DNA of 63,880 nucleotides, counting the filler, from Bipalium vagum (lineage: Eukaryota), in assembly GCA_037834085.1 (NCBI GenBank). It is 3 parts of 3 records of this genome, joined end to end, with 100 filler letters (N's around TTAATTAATTAA, not from the genome) between each part and the next. Parts side by side here need not be neighbours in the genome. Positions count along the whole stretch, not along the records: positions 1 to 17,782 come from JBBMKC010051333.1; positions 17,883 to 47,902 come from JBBMKC010007511.1; 1 more part is not named here. One strand, 5' to 3'. Numbering within the stretch: the stretch's first letter is position 1; each line of letters begins with the position of its first letter. The position numbers were made by a program, and so were the translations under genes. This document shows positions 10,597 through 24,178 of the stretch, one piece after another. Under the pieces are notes generated by a model. That model saw nothing but the letters and a program-made list of their open reading frames with translations. It had not been told where the DNA came from and made no database searches.

Positions 10597-13479
10597 TAAA
10601 ACACAGCATACGAAAACATTTTAAAAATATTAATTAGTTTTTTTGTTCAATTTAAAAAGTTAAAAATAAAAGTTTGAAAATCTATTTTTCTAAGCAAATA
10701 GATCAAAACGCATATCAACATCGGACTCAGAAGGCGATTATTATAATAATATCAATATATTATTCGCGGATTTTTATATAGCTCAATTACTCTGCAAACA
10801 TCATCATAACTCATGTTGTGGGTTTAAAATCAACATTTAATGATCTTGTGAAATGTTCTATAGAAAATGATACCATCTTCGTTAATTTCTATTTTTTCAT
10901 TAATATTATTGTGCGCACAAAAATGAAAGGTAAAAATTCCAATTACATATTATTAAAAATTCACTAAAATGATAACCCAGAATGAAAAAGAGATCGGAAT
11001 CTGAGTAAATTGTTATTAATAATGATGTCAAGTTTGCCTATAAAGAAGAATCTGGAAAAATTAAATTGAAAATTATAAAAATAAAATTGTAAATTTTTTT
11101 TTAGTAAAATTACTATAAAAATGCAGGTATGAAATTTGAACATTTCTAATTAATTATTATTTAAAATAAAGTTAATTATGTAAAATAAAGGATTTTTAAA
11201 CTTTTAATTTTTATGTTTAATAACTTTGAGTTTGTTTAAAACAATCATTTTGATTTACACTCTAAGTATTTTATCTTAAAATCATCGAGAATTAGACCTA
11301 ATATGTAAGTAACAGTTTTTATATTGTTTTATAGATTAATTTTCAAACAACTAACAAAATTATTAATAATATATAAAGGTAATGTGATTATCAAATAATA
11401 ATGGAAAATTTGAACATTAAGAATAGTATTTTTATCAATAATTAGAAAAATCAGTTGAAGATTATTATTTTATTTTTATTTTACTTTACTCTTTGCTGAA
11501 CTCAACATTTTCAATGAATAATAATATTTTTAAAATCGACGTATAATCTCCTAGCATCAATGTTTGAAAAACTTTTATGAATATAAATCTTTTTTGTCTA
11601 TTTGTATTTAATATACAATGAACAATGTGTTAAGTCAAATGTAAATATTTTATAGACTAAGAATGAAATTAAAGAAAATTTTTTCAGATAAATTAGCAAA
11701 CTAAAATAATAATGATGCTTTATTTGTAAAATATAAATCGAAAACTAAAGGTAATATTAATTGATAATAAGTAGACATTATTGTTTGAAATAATAAAAAA
11801 AATTTATAAAATAAGTACAATATAATTTAAAATCAGTCATCTGAATGTCGACATCACATCAGTTTATATTGGCATCTATTCCTTTCGCTGTCTCTTTCTA
11901 ATTGACTCATTGATAGCACACTAGCGTGATGCTAACACAATGATCTCCGAAGCATATTAAACAAAATACACACACACGCACACGCGAAACACACATCGCT
12001 GAACAAAACAGAAATGCTCTAACAATGCTTCTAGTTTTGTAGAATCGACATCACATTCGACGATGTCTGGTAGCAGAAAGAGACAATTACAACCAAGCAT
12101 CTGACGAGATGATCGTGCATATTGGTTAGAAAAGTTATATAAAAATAATTTAAGATTTCTCCTCTGTACCATTTAATAAAATATATCCAATCAATAAATA
12201 AAGTATTCACAATAATACGGCATGCGTTATGAAATTAAATAATTAGATTTTTGCTCATTGAAAATTAATTTATTTTTATCGACTTGGGAAATTAAAGTTT
12301 AATATTTGTGGAAATCCACGATTTTTTTCCCTAGAATTAATTAACAGAACAATTTTTCTGTACCGTCTTTAAAAAGATAGTTTACCCAAAACATTGTTGT
12401 TTGAATCCATTTGTTATTTTGTTGATCAAATAAAGATTTGTCTGTATTGGCCTCATTAGGAATGGTGTTGTGAATAAGTAACAATCCAAGCATTTTCTGG
12501 TACAGAATACTTTTTTTTACAACTTCCTTTCATTTTCTCAAATAATCATAAATTAGTTTCCTAAAAATTAATATTTTATGAAATATATTTACCTAATTTA
12601 GTTTGTCTTTCAAGTACAGGAATTCTATTTCTGTTAACATCTCTAAGATAGACTTAGTTAAATAACAAAATTTATTATAAAATTAAAATTGTTAAAAGTT
12701 ATTAATACGTTTAAAATGAATGAAAAAATTTTCCATTATTATTAAAATGTTTAAGTTTTTTGATTATTCCAGACATTATTAGTTATAATGTTTATTTATA
12801 TAAATTTTAATTTATATTTTTAAAAATTTATGAATATATTGGAAGTGAATTTGAAAAATTCAAGTTCTTTTATTTTTCTAAGTAATATTTTCTATTTATC
12901 TTATCTTATTATTTACTTATTTATGTTCCTAGTTTCTATTTATAGGATTATAATAAAAATAAAAATAAAATAATGGTAAAAAAAAAAAATAATAATAATA
13001 ACGGCGAAATTGCTATTTATTAAAATAAATTCTAAAGAACTGCATTTATGAACGTTTAAGAAAAAACGGTTAAGATAAATTAAAACTATGGTAGTATTGT
13101 GTTACTAGATCGACTTTTACTTTATTGTTAATGTAATAAGAGCGATACAAAGTTTTTTATTACCATCCTTGTTTTGTGTAATATAGTAAACTTCAATTTT
13201 ATTAATATTTACTCAAGATCAATTTTTGTTTTTAATAAATGATATAAACCAATCCTTAATAAAGAAATCAGAAGCTCCATAAATTTAGAGTTAAATACTT
13301 AATATTGGATTCACTAGTTAATATTCTTTATATTAGAATTAGAATAAAACTGACATTATAAATCAGTTTATTAAAATATCTAAAGTACGTTAACTAATAC
13401 CGTGAATTATAAAGATAAAAGCAGCTGTAATGATGATACTTCTACATGTAATACCTTTAAATACGAGTCAGTCTTTCTC

Positions 13480-14120
13480 TTTTCATTGAATTTCATGAAT
13501 CGTAATCTTGTGTGACTACTTGAGGTGAAAGCTCATAAGAAATAACACTGACTAGATGCTTAATTGTACGGAAAAGATATATTTTCTTTGATTGGGAAAT
13601 GTCCAAGTATTATTGTTATAGCACCAATGTTTTAATTATGAAGAGTCAGGGATTATCCTGCGTGATAGTGCTCCGTTCCGTAGAAGTCAGAGAATAAAAT
13701 ATTAGATTGCGATAAAAGGATGGAACGTGTTAAACTTTTCTCCACCAAGCCCAGATTTAAATCAACTAAAAAAATCTATGATTTCTATTGAAAAGACTGC
13801 TGAAGAAGTTCTTTATGTATAATGTAGACCGGTTGAAGCTTCATATCTTAGAAACTTTATGTAATCAGATCCCAAAATTATGATTATCTAATCTAGCTCA
13901 TTCCATACCAGCAAGACTTGCGGAAGTTATCAAGACTAAAGGAGGTTCCATCATTTATTAAAAAACTGAAATAGTATTTGATCATGTTTATTCTATTGTA
14001 ATTGGATCTTTATGTTGATAATAAGGAATTATTTTGTTCAAGGTATTAGTTAATAATACCTTTTAATAAGCTTACATTTATAAAGATCTCTTCACCTAAT
14101 ACTTTGCAGACAAGGACTAT
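13480..14120 (+). mobile_element. Tc1-like transposon 3' fragment
   Basis: PPSPDLNQL and SIPARLAEVIKTKGGSIIY* resemble the Tc1 SPDLNPIE motif and C-terminus. Confidence 0.65.
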
Positions 14121-14629
14121 TTAATAATCATAATGAAAAAACGTTTCCAGCTAGCCTTTAGTTATTTTCTTAGAATATATAGATTATGATAAAAAATAAT
14201 GAAAGCAACATCGACAGAAGAAAAACCAATTTTTTTACGAATTTTCATATTTCATAAGAACATCCTGTTAATGGAATTTTATCTTTTAATATATACAGAA
14301 CCAATATCGTGCAGTCATTAAATTCGATTTTTGAAGATATGCTGGCATCAGAAATTTATACCAAAATTGTTAATAACGTGTTTGGTTGACTCTTCTAAAT
14401 TATTCATAAAATAACACAGAACAAAGATAACTTTTGACATCTGCACTCTATTAGAATTTTCCGATATTAATATTTTCTGATGTTAACTTCCTCCTATTGT
14501 CTTCTGGATACTTGAACCTGATGTTTTCCATTTTCTTGATTTTCACGAAGTCATTAAAACCTCTATTACTCAAAATGTTGTTTTTTGAAAGGAATTTTAA
14601 AAAAATTTTCAGAAACAAAAATTTTTTTA

Positions 14630-14930
14630 TTTATTGAAAAATTTTCATAATTATCTATGGCCATTAACCATTTTTTGGTAAAAAACCAATCCCCTGATTT
14701 GAACATCACAAATTTTGAACGTAAAACTTTTGTAATGCATTTTCAACATCTCTGCAATGAATAATTTTTTATTCAAAAAATGTGGCAATGACTAGAATAT
14801 TTAAACGTATCTAGACTATACCTTAGATGTACATCATTTCCTAGTTAAGTTTCAACAATTTCCCCAGGTTAGTAATTACTATATATGGTCTGATGTTCTC
14901 ATGTTGCAGAGTAAAAAATTTCTTGTTATT
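14630..14930 (-). mobile_element. Highly decayed mariner C-terminal fragment
   Basis: HLRYSLD (cf. HPPYSPD), PHFLNKKLF, DVENALQKF and KWLMAID in shifting frames. Confidence 0.4.
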
Positions 14931-15741
14931 TGATAATAGATTTATCTGGTTTTTGATTTTAAAGGAAAACCTGATAAAAATAGAAATTAAGCATAGTGAT
15001 TTTTCAACTTTGATATAACCCTTAATAAAAAACTAATTAATAATAATCTTAATAATAATAATAATCTTAATCTTCATAATAAACTAACTGTAAAACGTTC
15101 ATTATTTTTCATTAATTTTGAACTGAAACGATGTAGTTTAATCAGGAAAATAACAAATTCGTTTACGTATCCCATTATTGCTCGTAATCAATATCTCATC
15201 ACCAATAACTAGTCACCATAGAAAAGATTCTGTAGAATAGAATAGACAAAACATATAAGCTGTCCATACGACTAAGATTATTTACAGAACTTCTGGACAT
15301 ACTCTAATTGTGCAAGACACTTGATCTTTTTCTGAAACTTTTCTGTGGTCGCCAACAAATTTGTTGCCAGCAAATATCTAGTCACGATGTTTTTTATGAT
15401 GCAAACTAGAAGCGTAAATAATCTTTCAAAGTTAATTATTTTTTGGATTATGCTTTCCATTCCTAATTGCTTAAAGCTGAAATCTAAAGCTTAATAATGT
15501 TCAAAAAATATTTAAGATATCCATAGATTGGCTGTCAAACTCGAAAATAAAACCTGAAGTCAATGATAAAGTATATTATATATTACAAGTGAAGATCGAA
15601 GTGCAAAATTTTGTAAAAATCATCATGTCACAAGTGTATCAAAAAACGAGAACATAATATTTAAAAGTAATATTTACATATCCCTGCATCATAATTCTAA
15701 ATAACCTTTAGTGACACTTGAAGCTAGATGTCCAACTACTA

Positions 15742-17010
15742 CTAGGTCATCCAAAACGTTTCCAGACAGAATAGCTTTAAAAAATTCAAAAAGCTTTACT
15801 TACACAATACATTTTACTTACTCATAAATTTATTCATTAAAGTAAAGTCCACCATTCTCAATAAATCTGGCCCACCGTTCTGCAAGTAATCTAATCGGTT
15901 TAAGGTTTAAGTCACGATCTTTGGAACAAAAAAAATGATTACAAGCTTCTTCAACTGCCTGAAACCGCTAACTATTCAATAAATGTTGCATTGAGCAGAA
16001 CAAGTCATAATCTGAAGGTGCTACATCGGGACTATAGAGTAGATGCAATAATATTTCAAGTCCATCTAAATCTTTAATTTTTGTTGGGTTAATTTAGCAC
16101 GATGTGGTGGACATTGCCATACTTCAAAAGAGCATATTTCCGGTCGATTAAGGCAGGATACTTTTCTTTTACAATGTGGTAAGCAAGGTATAGTTGTTGG
16201 CAGTAATACTCAGCGTTAATGATTTGACTATCTGGAAGTAGTTCAAAATACAATATACCATCAACTTTCCACCAAACACTAATCATTACCTTTTCAAAGC
16301 GGTCTTGCAGAACCACTGGTACATTTTCTTGCCCACACTTAACCCACTGGTTGTTTTAATTGTTATTTACAAAAGAATCAACTTTTCACCAGAAGTTATA
16401 AACGCGCTTCCAAAATCTGTCATCCAATGGATTATTCAGTAATTCCTTGCATATTTTAACACCGAGCCTGGTCTGTGATCAGTCAAATCATATGGATCAA
16501 GTCGATGATTTTTATGAATTTAACCATGGTGTTTGAAATGGTTATGTATTGTTTGCTCACATGTACCCACGACTACTGCCACATCACTAGGTCTTCCTTG
16601 TTTACTTCAAATGGCCTTCCTGACATAGGTTTGTCTTGGAGGCTGACAGCACCTTAGTTGAAACGTTGGAACAATTCAGCAACATTAGACTTGCTTAATT
16701 TGTCGTCGCCTTCACACTGCAAATTTCTGTAACAGGTTCCCTGGTAGATAAGCCTTTCATCCAGTAATGGTAAAGCAAGACTAGAATTGCAATTTTTCAT
16801 GACATTTCCATAAAAAGGACTAAACAAAAGATAAAAGTATAGTTTTGGTTCATAATTTCATTGATTAGATGTTGTGTTAGTAATAGATATTTGTTGTGTC
16901 ATTAATAGATGCTAATAATAACATTTAATATTAACATCCTAATTTCAAAAAAGTTACTTCTATCTTATTATTCATTGTTCATACTGCCCGGAAAATTTTG
17001 GACGACCTAG
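15742..17010 (-). mobile_element. Full-length degenerate mariner transposon
   Basis: Imperfect TIRs CTAGGTCATCCAAAA / TTTTGGACGACCTAG; motifs ITSGEK, KVMISVWWKVDGILYFELLP, HLLYSPDVAPSDYDLF. Confidence 0.9.
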
Positions 17011-17782
17011 AATAAAGAAATTAAAGCAAAAATGAACTGTAAATTATTGGAATTGGTTTTTTGAGGTTTAATAGACATTACTTTGAAAATTCACTAAAAT
17101 TCATAAAAATATAGTAAATCTTAATTTTTTGGACTAAATTTACTTGAAGTTTTTTGCATAGGTTTTGTTTAGAAAAGAAATAGTTACCTATATTAAGTAG
17201 TTAATTAAAGACATCTCAAAAGTTCACATAAATGTTTTATCACTGATGAAATTTAAGAAATAAAGTAGAAATTACTCAAATAGCCTTTAAAGTTATAAGA
17301 ATTTTTTTTTCCGGAACTGAAAGAATTTTTCCATCGAAGCTGTTTTTATAAAACTAAGAAACCATGGTAAATGTGTTCCCTTTAAGATCTCACTTCAAGC
17401 ATGGAGTAGAGTCATTGAAAAGGTAAGTGTATTGAGTGATTTTTAGGTTGTTTTTTTTCAGAAAAGTAATTTCAACGAAATAACAAAAAATTGGGATTAA
17501 TACAATTTATAATATATGAAAATAAGAAAAACATGACTTCACAGGGCTAAATAGTTTTATGATAACCATATTAGCAAGAATTATAAATATAGGTTGCGTG
17601 AAAAGTTCTGAAAGCAGCACATATAAAACAATGTAAGGTCAAATATTTCTATGCTATTGTAATATACCATATTTTAGTATAACATATTAAAAATTTTGTT
17701 TTAAAACATCACTTTATTATTATTATATGACACATGATTTAATTTGATTAGCCATTTTTTTAGTATGGAAAAATTAGAAAAT

Positions 17783-17882
17783 NNNNNNNNNNNNNNNNNN
17801 NNNNNNNNNNNNNNNNNNNNNNNNNNTTAATTAATTAANNNNNNNNNNNNNNNNNNNNNNNNNNNNNNNNNNNNNNNNNNNN
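17783..17882. other. Assembly gap with artificial spacer
   Basis: 44 N + TTAATTAATTAA + 44 N = exactly 100 nt; the 12-mer has stops in all six frames. Confidence 0.95.
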
Positions 17883-17983
17883 TAAAACATTAACATATAA
17901 AATTTGTTTGCTTAAAAAATACATACATAAAAACTGTTTAATGTATTAATTTAAAAAAATTGCTAATATTTTGGACGGCACTG
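17883..17983. mobile_element. Tc1-like element terminus abutting the gap
   Basis: Ends TGCTAATATTTTGGACGGCACTG followed by TA (CAGTG-type Tc1 TIR). Confidence 0.5.
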
Positions 17984-19014
17984 TAATAACAATTGATAAA
18001 CTGTCGATATTGGTAATTTGTTTATATTGACTAAAATTTAATAATTAATTTAGATGATTTTAAAATATAATGGTTACTTGTTTTTCTATGTCAGAGAATA
18101 TTCAAATTATTCTGTGGAACGCCAATTTGAAAATTTTCAGCAAGTAATTGACCAATGAAAACATATGTTTCTCTCTCCATCACCAATTAAGCAAACGATA
18201 AAAATTGAAGACTCCCAAAGTGCACCACAAAATAAAATCCGACAGACCCTGTTTAATTTTCACAAAGAAAATATTCAAAAAAAAGGTTGAGCAATTAAGC
18301 AATTTTTCAATTCGACAGGGTCTCTCGAAGTAGGATTACCTGTAAACAGTTATTACAATGCCATTAAAAAAGTAATCTTCCACTCATTTAAACCGACCAC
18401 TGTAATTGAGGTCAGTGAAGATAATTTTGATAGATGAATTGAGTTTTTTGAAGCAATATTGGTGCATTTTCGTAAATTATTATCCCTTGGATAACAAGGT
18501 TATATGGTCAGTGTTAATATCTTCGTTGTTTATTAAAATATTTAAAAGGAAGTATGTTAGGATACTCAATAATCATCTTTCATATAACGTTATATCTTCT
18601 CTATCTACAAAGAGTGTTATGTTTCTTTAATCCTCAGAAAGTTAAACAAATTTAACATAACTAATTCTAATTGTTCATATCTTCAAATTTAATGAAATAT
18701 TGTATTTGTTTAAACAAACCCTCAAGCATATTGTTCAATCTTTTATTCCTTTATGCGTTTTATTTCCTTTTAGTTATGTTAACCAGTTTTTGATCAGAAT
18801 ATTTTTTTATTTATCAGAACTGATTTTGGGTATGAATTACTTTGGGTATTCATATACTCAATCGTTTGACCATCCTTAGAAAACTTTCTATTGAATTGGT
18901 TTTTCCTCGAGAACATTTTAAGGAATAATAGACAAAGTAGACTATCATCAAGAAATAAAAGTACGACAACTTTCTGGTAGTGCTTTAATAATTCCAAAGA
19001 ATTTTACTTTAAAG

Positions 19015-19080
<66 letters not shown>
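19015..19080. repeat. (ATT)22 microsatellite
   Basis: Perfect ATT trinucleotide run. Confidence 0.97.
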
Positions 19081-19083
<3 letters not shown>

Positions 19084-20134
19084 GACATTTTAGAAGTCAT
19101 GAAAATATAAATATTCTTTTTTTAAAGAAATATATATAAAGTTAGATAGATTTTTAAAACATATTTTAAACATATCAAATTATAATTATTAACAATTTGG
19201 TTAAACAGCAACCAAAATTTGTTTTAATGCAGTGAAAAATATCTGTAAATTCCTGCTACATTTTTTTAAAATAATTAAAACATTATAAAATAAAAACTTG
19301 TCAATTTTTATTTTTAATTTTCAGGGCTTTCCTTTTTAATATAATGAGATCTCATGGAGCTTCATAAAGATTTTTAGAATTATTTATAATTTTTTATTAA
19401 AAAAACTGACCTATTTTAACATTAATTAAATTTAATAGTGGTTTTATTTTTTTAATTAATTTATTTATCAATTACTGTTGACAAATAAGAATAATGGATT
19501 CATTGTGGAAACTTAAATCATCAGAAATTCGTCGCCTTCGATATTTTTTCTTAATTTAATAATGATGTATATTTTAACAATTTGAAGGCGTACTTCCTCA
19601 CAGTAACAACCAACATTATTATTCCTGTTATGAATATTATACATTTTACTCAATAATTATTAAACATCTTTCAACAATATATCAGTCAGTGTGATTCTCA
19701 CTCGGAATTGGGAAACAAATCCCTTTGTTAACAGTGCTTCTCTTGAAACATATCAGTAAACTTTATGATTATGTCAACCCGTTATTCTAAAGAAAGTTTC
19801 CATTATAATAGACAGTTTGTGTCTTCAACAATTATAACATTCTACTGTAGACATTCTACGTACTATTCTATCAAACTTTGTCGGGAAAACGTTGCAATGA
19901 TCGTCAAATTATCATGTTACAAAGACAAATTAACATCCTTTTAAAGAAAACCTATTTATATATAATCATATCCATAAATTAACCCTACAAGTAGAAGTGC
20001 AAATAAAATGAAATATATACGTATATATTATAATTGTTACGGACATAAAAGCTTTTGAATCAAAAAGAAGATTGGTTTTTTAATGGTTTTTAAGAGGTTC
20101 TTAATAATGATAAACAATATTATATTTTTATATA

Positions 20135-20703
20135 CAGGGTGTCTCAAAAAATGTATACACACTTAAAATAATTATAAATCAGAAGTTTAATGAAATGTAT
20201 TTTATATGTAAGCACTTCAAATTTCGGTGAACAGAATCTTTTGAGATTTCTTAGCTCAAGACGTGCTTGTCTCACAGATGTTTGTGGGCTTTGATTAAAC
20301 AATTTCATTATTCTTTCTTCCTTTGTGATACTTGTCGATATTTTCCGTCTCCCAGAACGGTTCTTGTGAACATTATTAATAGTTCTATCTTTTCGAATTT
20401 ATCTTTTATTCGACTGATTGTCAGTATTGTTGGAGGATCTATTTGAAATCCTTTCTTGAACAGGATCTGTCCCTCTTTTATGTTTTCAAACTTAAAATAA
20501 TTTTTTATAATAAATTTTCGCTGCTCAAATTTCAACCTACCTTTGATGAGTCAACCTTTAAGAATAAATATATAGGTTTAAAATAGCGATAATTTTTTAC
20601 CAGTTATTGAACTATTTAAACAAACTATAAAATAACTAATAAGGACTTATAATTACTTAACGATTTATATTTAAAGTGTGTATACATTTTTTGATACACC
20701 CTG
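20135..20703 (-). mobile_element. Internally deleted Tc1/mariner element (rosa/DD41D-like), 569 bp
   Basis: TIRs CAGGGTGTCTCAAAAAATGTATACACACTT / AAGTGTGTATACATTTTTTGATACACCCTG with TA on both sides; ORF 20308-20535 (FEQRKFIIKNYFK..PPTILTISRIKDKFE) resembles the N-terminal HTH (DUF4817-like). Confidence 0.88.
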
Positions 20704-21059
20704 TATTGTTCTTTACTTTCATCCAATCTTTCAAATAATCTCGTAATTAATTCATCTTTATTCTTTGTTCATTTTGTGAATTTAATTATTTTTTTATTTT
20801 TATTTAAAATAAAAATTTACAGCTTTTCTTTCATAAATTAAAAAGTTTTTTTTAAGTTCGTCGGATATTTATTGAGATTTTATCGTTATTAAATTGAAAA
20901 TTTTGAAAGATACAAAATTTATTATGTTGTTTTGTAATTACTAAGACCGGAATGAAACATATCTTTTGCAAATGAAGATATTTGAAATATTTTTCCCAAT
21001 GTTTTAATATTCGTTTAATCCTCTAAATGTGATTGTCAGAAATTTTTCATATCAATTTG

Positions 21060-22060
21060 TTTTATTAATCTATTTTAGCGCCAAATATATCGTAAAATAT
21101 GAGATTTTAGTAACTTTACCAAATTATTGATAAACAATTATCCGCGTCGAAAGCCATCTATATGTTATTACAAAGTTTAAGATCCAGACGAGCAAAACAA
21201 GAAAACACCAAAGGTGATGGTTGTTAAATTTCAAATCTGGTGACATATACGATATCAACCATTTTACGTAGGGAAATCTGTGTTTGATGAAGATATGTTG
21301 AAAGAATCTTTTGAATTCAATCCATCTCCATCAATTACACAATTAGCCACTGAAATTGGTCTTCAAAGTCCATCATCAAATGACTTCTTCATTCTAACGG
21401 GAAAAATACAGATCTTCTCGAATCGACCCTCATGAACTGTCGGAAAGTCATGTGAATGAACGGTTTGAAATTGGAATCCCGTTTTTAAAAAGTATTGTTG
21501 TCTTTAAATAAAAAGTGGATTTTATTTACTAATCAAAACAGAATATATCATTGGTTTTCTACAAATGACTCCTCAGTTTTGTCCTATAGTTCAGGGATTT
21601 GTTAAAAAAAGGTCATGTTGTCCGTTTAGAATGGAATTCTCTTCTTTGAACTTCTACCAGGTAGTAATGGTTAAAGTCGAATATTTATTCAGAATTATTG
21701 AAGAGATTACATGAAGTTAAGATAGTTAAATATCCTTCTTTAATCAATCGAGAAAAAATTTTTTACAAGCAAATAACACAAAACCTCATACTTCTCGAAA
21801 ATGACAACTGTCAACAGCCTTGTTGGAATTAGACTATTGCCACATCCGCGGTACTCAACAGATGTCGCAGCTTTTGAGTTTCACTTGTTTCGCTCAATTT
21901 CACATTTTCTCTGTGGAACTTGCGAACTATTTTGACTGCAACCCTGCAGAATTGTAGAAAATTGGAATTCAAAGATATTGTTGGACCCTTATCTGTCAAA
22001 ACGATGCATTTTATTTTTGTTCTTGAATTTTTCTTTGCAACATAGAAACTATATGTTGAA
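21060..22060 (+). mobile_element. Degenerate mariner transposon
   Basis: PHELSES, KKVMLSV, LPHPRYSTDVAAFEFHLFRS fragments; TIRs not identified. Confidence 0.75.
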
Positions 22061-24033
22061 AAATTGGAAAATAAAGTCTTTAACTTGATGATTTTAAGTT
22101 TTCTTATCAATGATACTCGTACTTATTAACTATTGGTCTTAATTTGGAATATATTTGAATATCCTCAGAATTTTGAAATATTCTTTACTGAGATCTTTGA
22201 CGAAAAATCCTAACTAGTGAAGTTGTTATACTGAGATGCTGGCAATATTTTCGTTGATTATGTATTATGAAATATAAGACTCAACTCAATAGAACTCCGT
22301 TATTTTTGTCCGCTTTGTACTTTGTACATATTTTCGTAATCAATATTCAAGATTTTTTATTTTTTTTATATAATCAAAGGAAAACTAATCAGGAATTAAA
22401 TCAATTCGGCAGTTAAATACTATTTCATATCTTATTTCTCTCGGCACATTGGTATCTATTAAATATTTATTATTAGATAAATTCATTAATAATAATAATA
22501 ATAATACTTTTCTGACTTCATTTCTCAATCGTAGTATTTAGTTTAAAATTTATTAGTATAAATTTAATAATACTAAGTCGTACAATTCAGAGTAGAAAAG
22601 AAGAAATAGAAAGAATGAAGATGATATGATGTTTGTTAAAATTGCTTTCTCCGTATATTTCCAAGATCGAAATATGATAAACCATGCCTAAATCAATATT
22701 CCAATATGATTCAAAGTATGATCACTGTACGACCAATGTCATAAAATTCTTTTATCAACAACTATTACCAAATCTTTTATTAAAACTGAATGGGAACAGT
22801 GAAAAATATTACCAGTCTAATATGTGAATAATGTATCGAAAAATATTCTCTTAGAGCCAAGGAGCGATGGAACAAGACAAATTTAGTCGAATTTCCTCAT
22901 TACTAAAATGTGATAATAAATTTATTTGTACCGAAGTTGATTGACGCCATCCCAAGTCATTATAATGCAATTTTCATTTATTAATATAAAAATTGAACTT
23001 TTCTCCTTTCTGAAGTGGAGAATGGTTGAAAAGATCCATATGAAACACTTGAGCGGCCCCATTAAATAATTTAATGGATATTTTCCTACCAAGGTTTTTT
23101 GTGCACCTTAAACAGTTCCATTATATTAAAAAATAAAATGTTACTTGATCATTAATCATAATACAAATTATTTCGAGATTTATTAATTCTTTTTTCTACT
23201 TTTCCCTTGTAGATGATTATTAAATGAATATAAAACTACATACTTTTACATAACCCATGTATTGTATATATTATCTCATTATTCTCTCAATTACAGTTTA
23301 GTTTTATATTATATTTATAATTCTTATCAATATCGAGTGTCATGTTGACAATAAGCAATAACGTTATACATTTTTATTGGGAAAATAATAAATAAATTAT
23401 TCGAAAAATGTTCGTGGAATTTTTTTTAGATTAATTTCTCCAGTTTCAATTGATTTTTTGTTTAAATTTATCATTTTTTTAAACTGAAAATTGTTCATTT
23501 TTTAAATGATATTGATTATTATCAATTATTAAAACAAACTGTTTACATTTACTTGCTTGCATTAAGTGTCTTATACATTCATTACACCATATATTCACAT
23601 ATTTTTAATTTATATTTTAATTTAACAAAACAATTTTATTTTCAAACCATTAAATTAAAACGACTTATTATATTGATGGGAAACGGTTACTACTGGGAAA
23701 ATATTTTTGATAATTGAAGTTCAATTAAACAAAGTTGGACAAATTATTTTTTACATTGTATTCTTGGGAAAGTCACTTTGATCATCAAATATATTATATA
23801 ATTATATATATAATTCGATGAGTGAAATAAAATGAGCCGCGTACATATTAATATAAATATAAATAATTATAATTTATTTTATTTTTCCCCATAACTGTTT
23901 GCGACAAAAAATAATTGATTTTTGTTGGTTGTGGTGAAATATATTTATATATTCTAAAATAACAGTTATAAAATAAAATAATTTTAAATACTTATTTAAA
24001 TATAAAATTACTAGATGAACTGGTAAAAATAAA

Positions 24034-24178
24034 NNNNNNNNNNNNNNNNNNNNNNNNNNNNNNNNNNNNNNNNNNNNNNNNNNNNNNNNNNNNNNNNNNN
24101 NNNNNNNNNNNNNNNNNNNNNNNNNNNNNNNNNNNNNNNNNNNNNNNNNNNNNNNNNNNNNNNNNNNNNNNNNNNNNN
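24034..24178. other. Assembly gap (145 N)
   Basis: Run of N without a linker. Confidence 0.97.

Noticed and set aside
17827-17838. Palindromic TTAATTAATTAA as a biological motif (also 47947-47958)
   Set aside because: Centred in exact 100-nt N spacers; an assembly linker.
19015-19080. Tandem repeats as CRISPR-like or telomeric arrays (also 52035 and 59770)
   Set aside because: Simple ATT/TAA microsatellites with no spacers; eukaryotic context with no cas genes.
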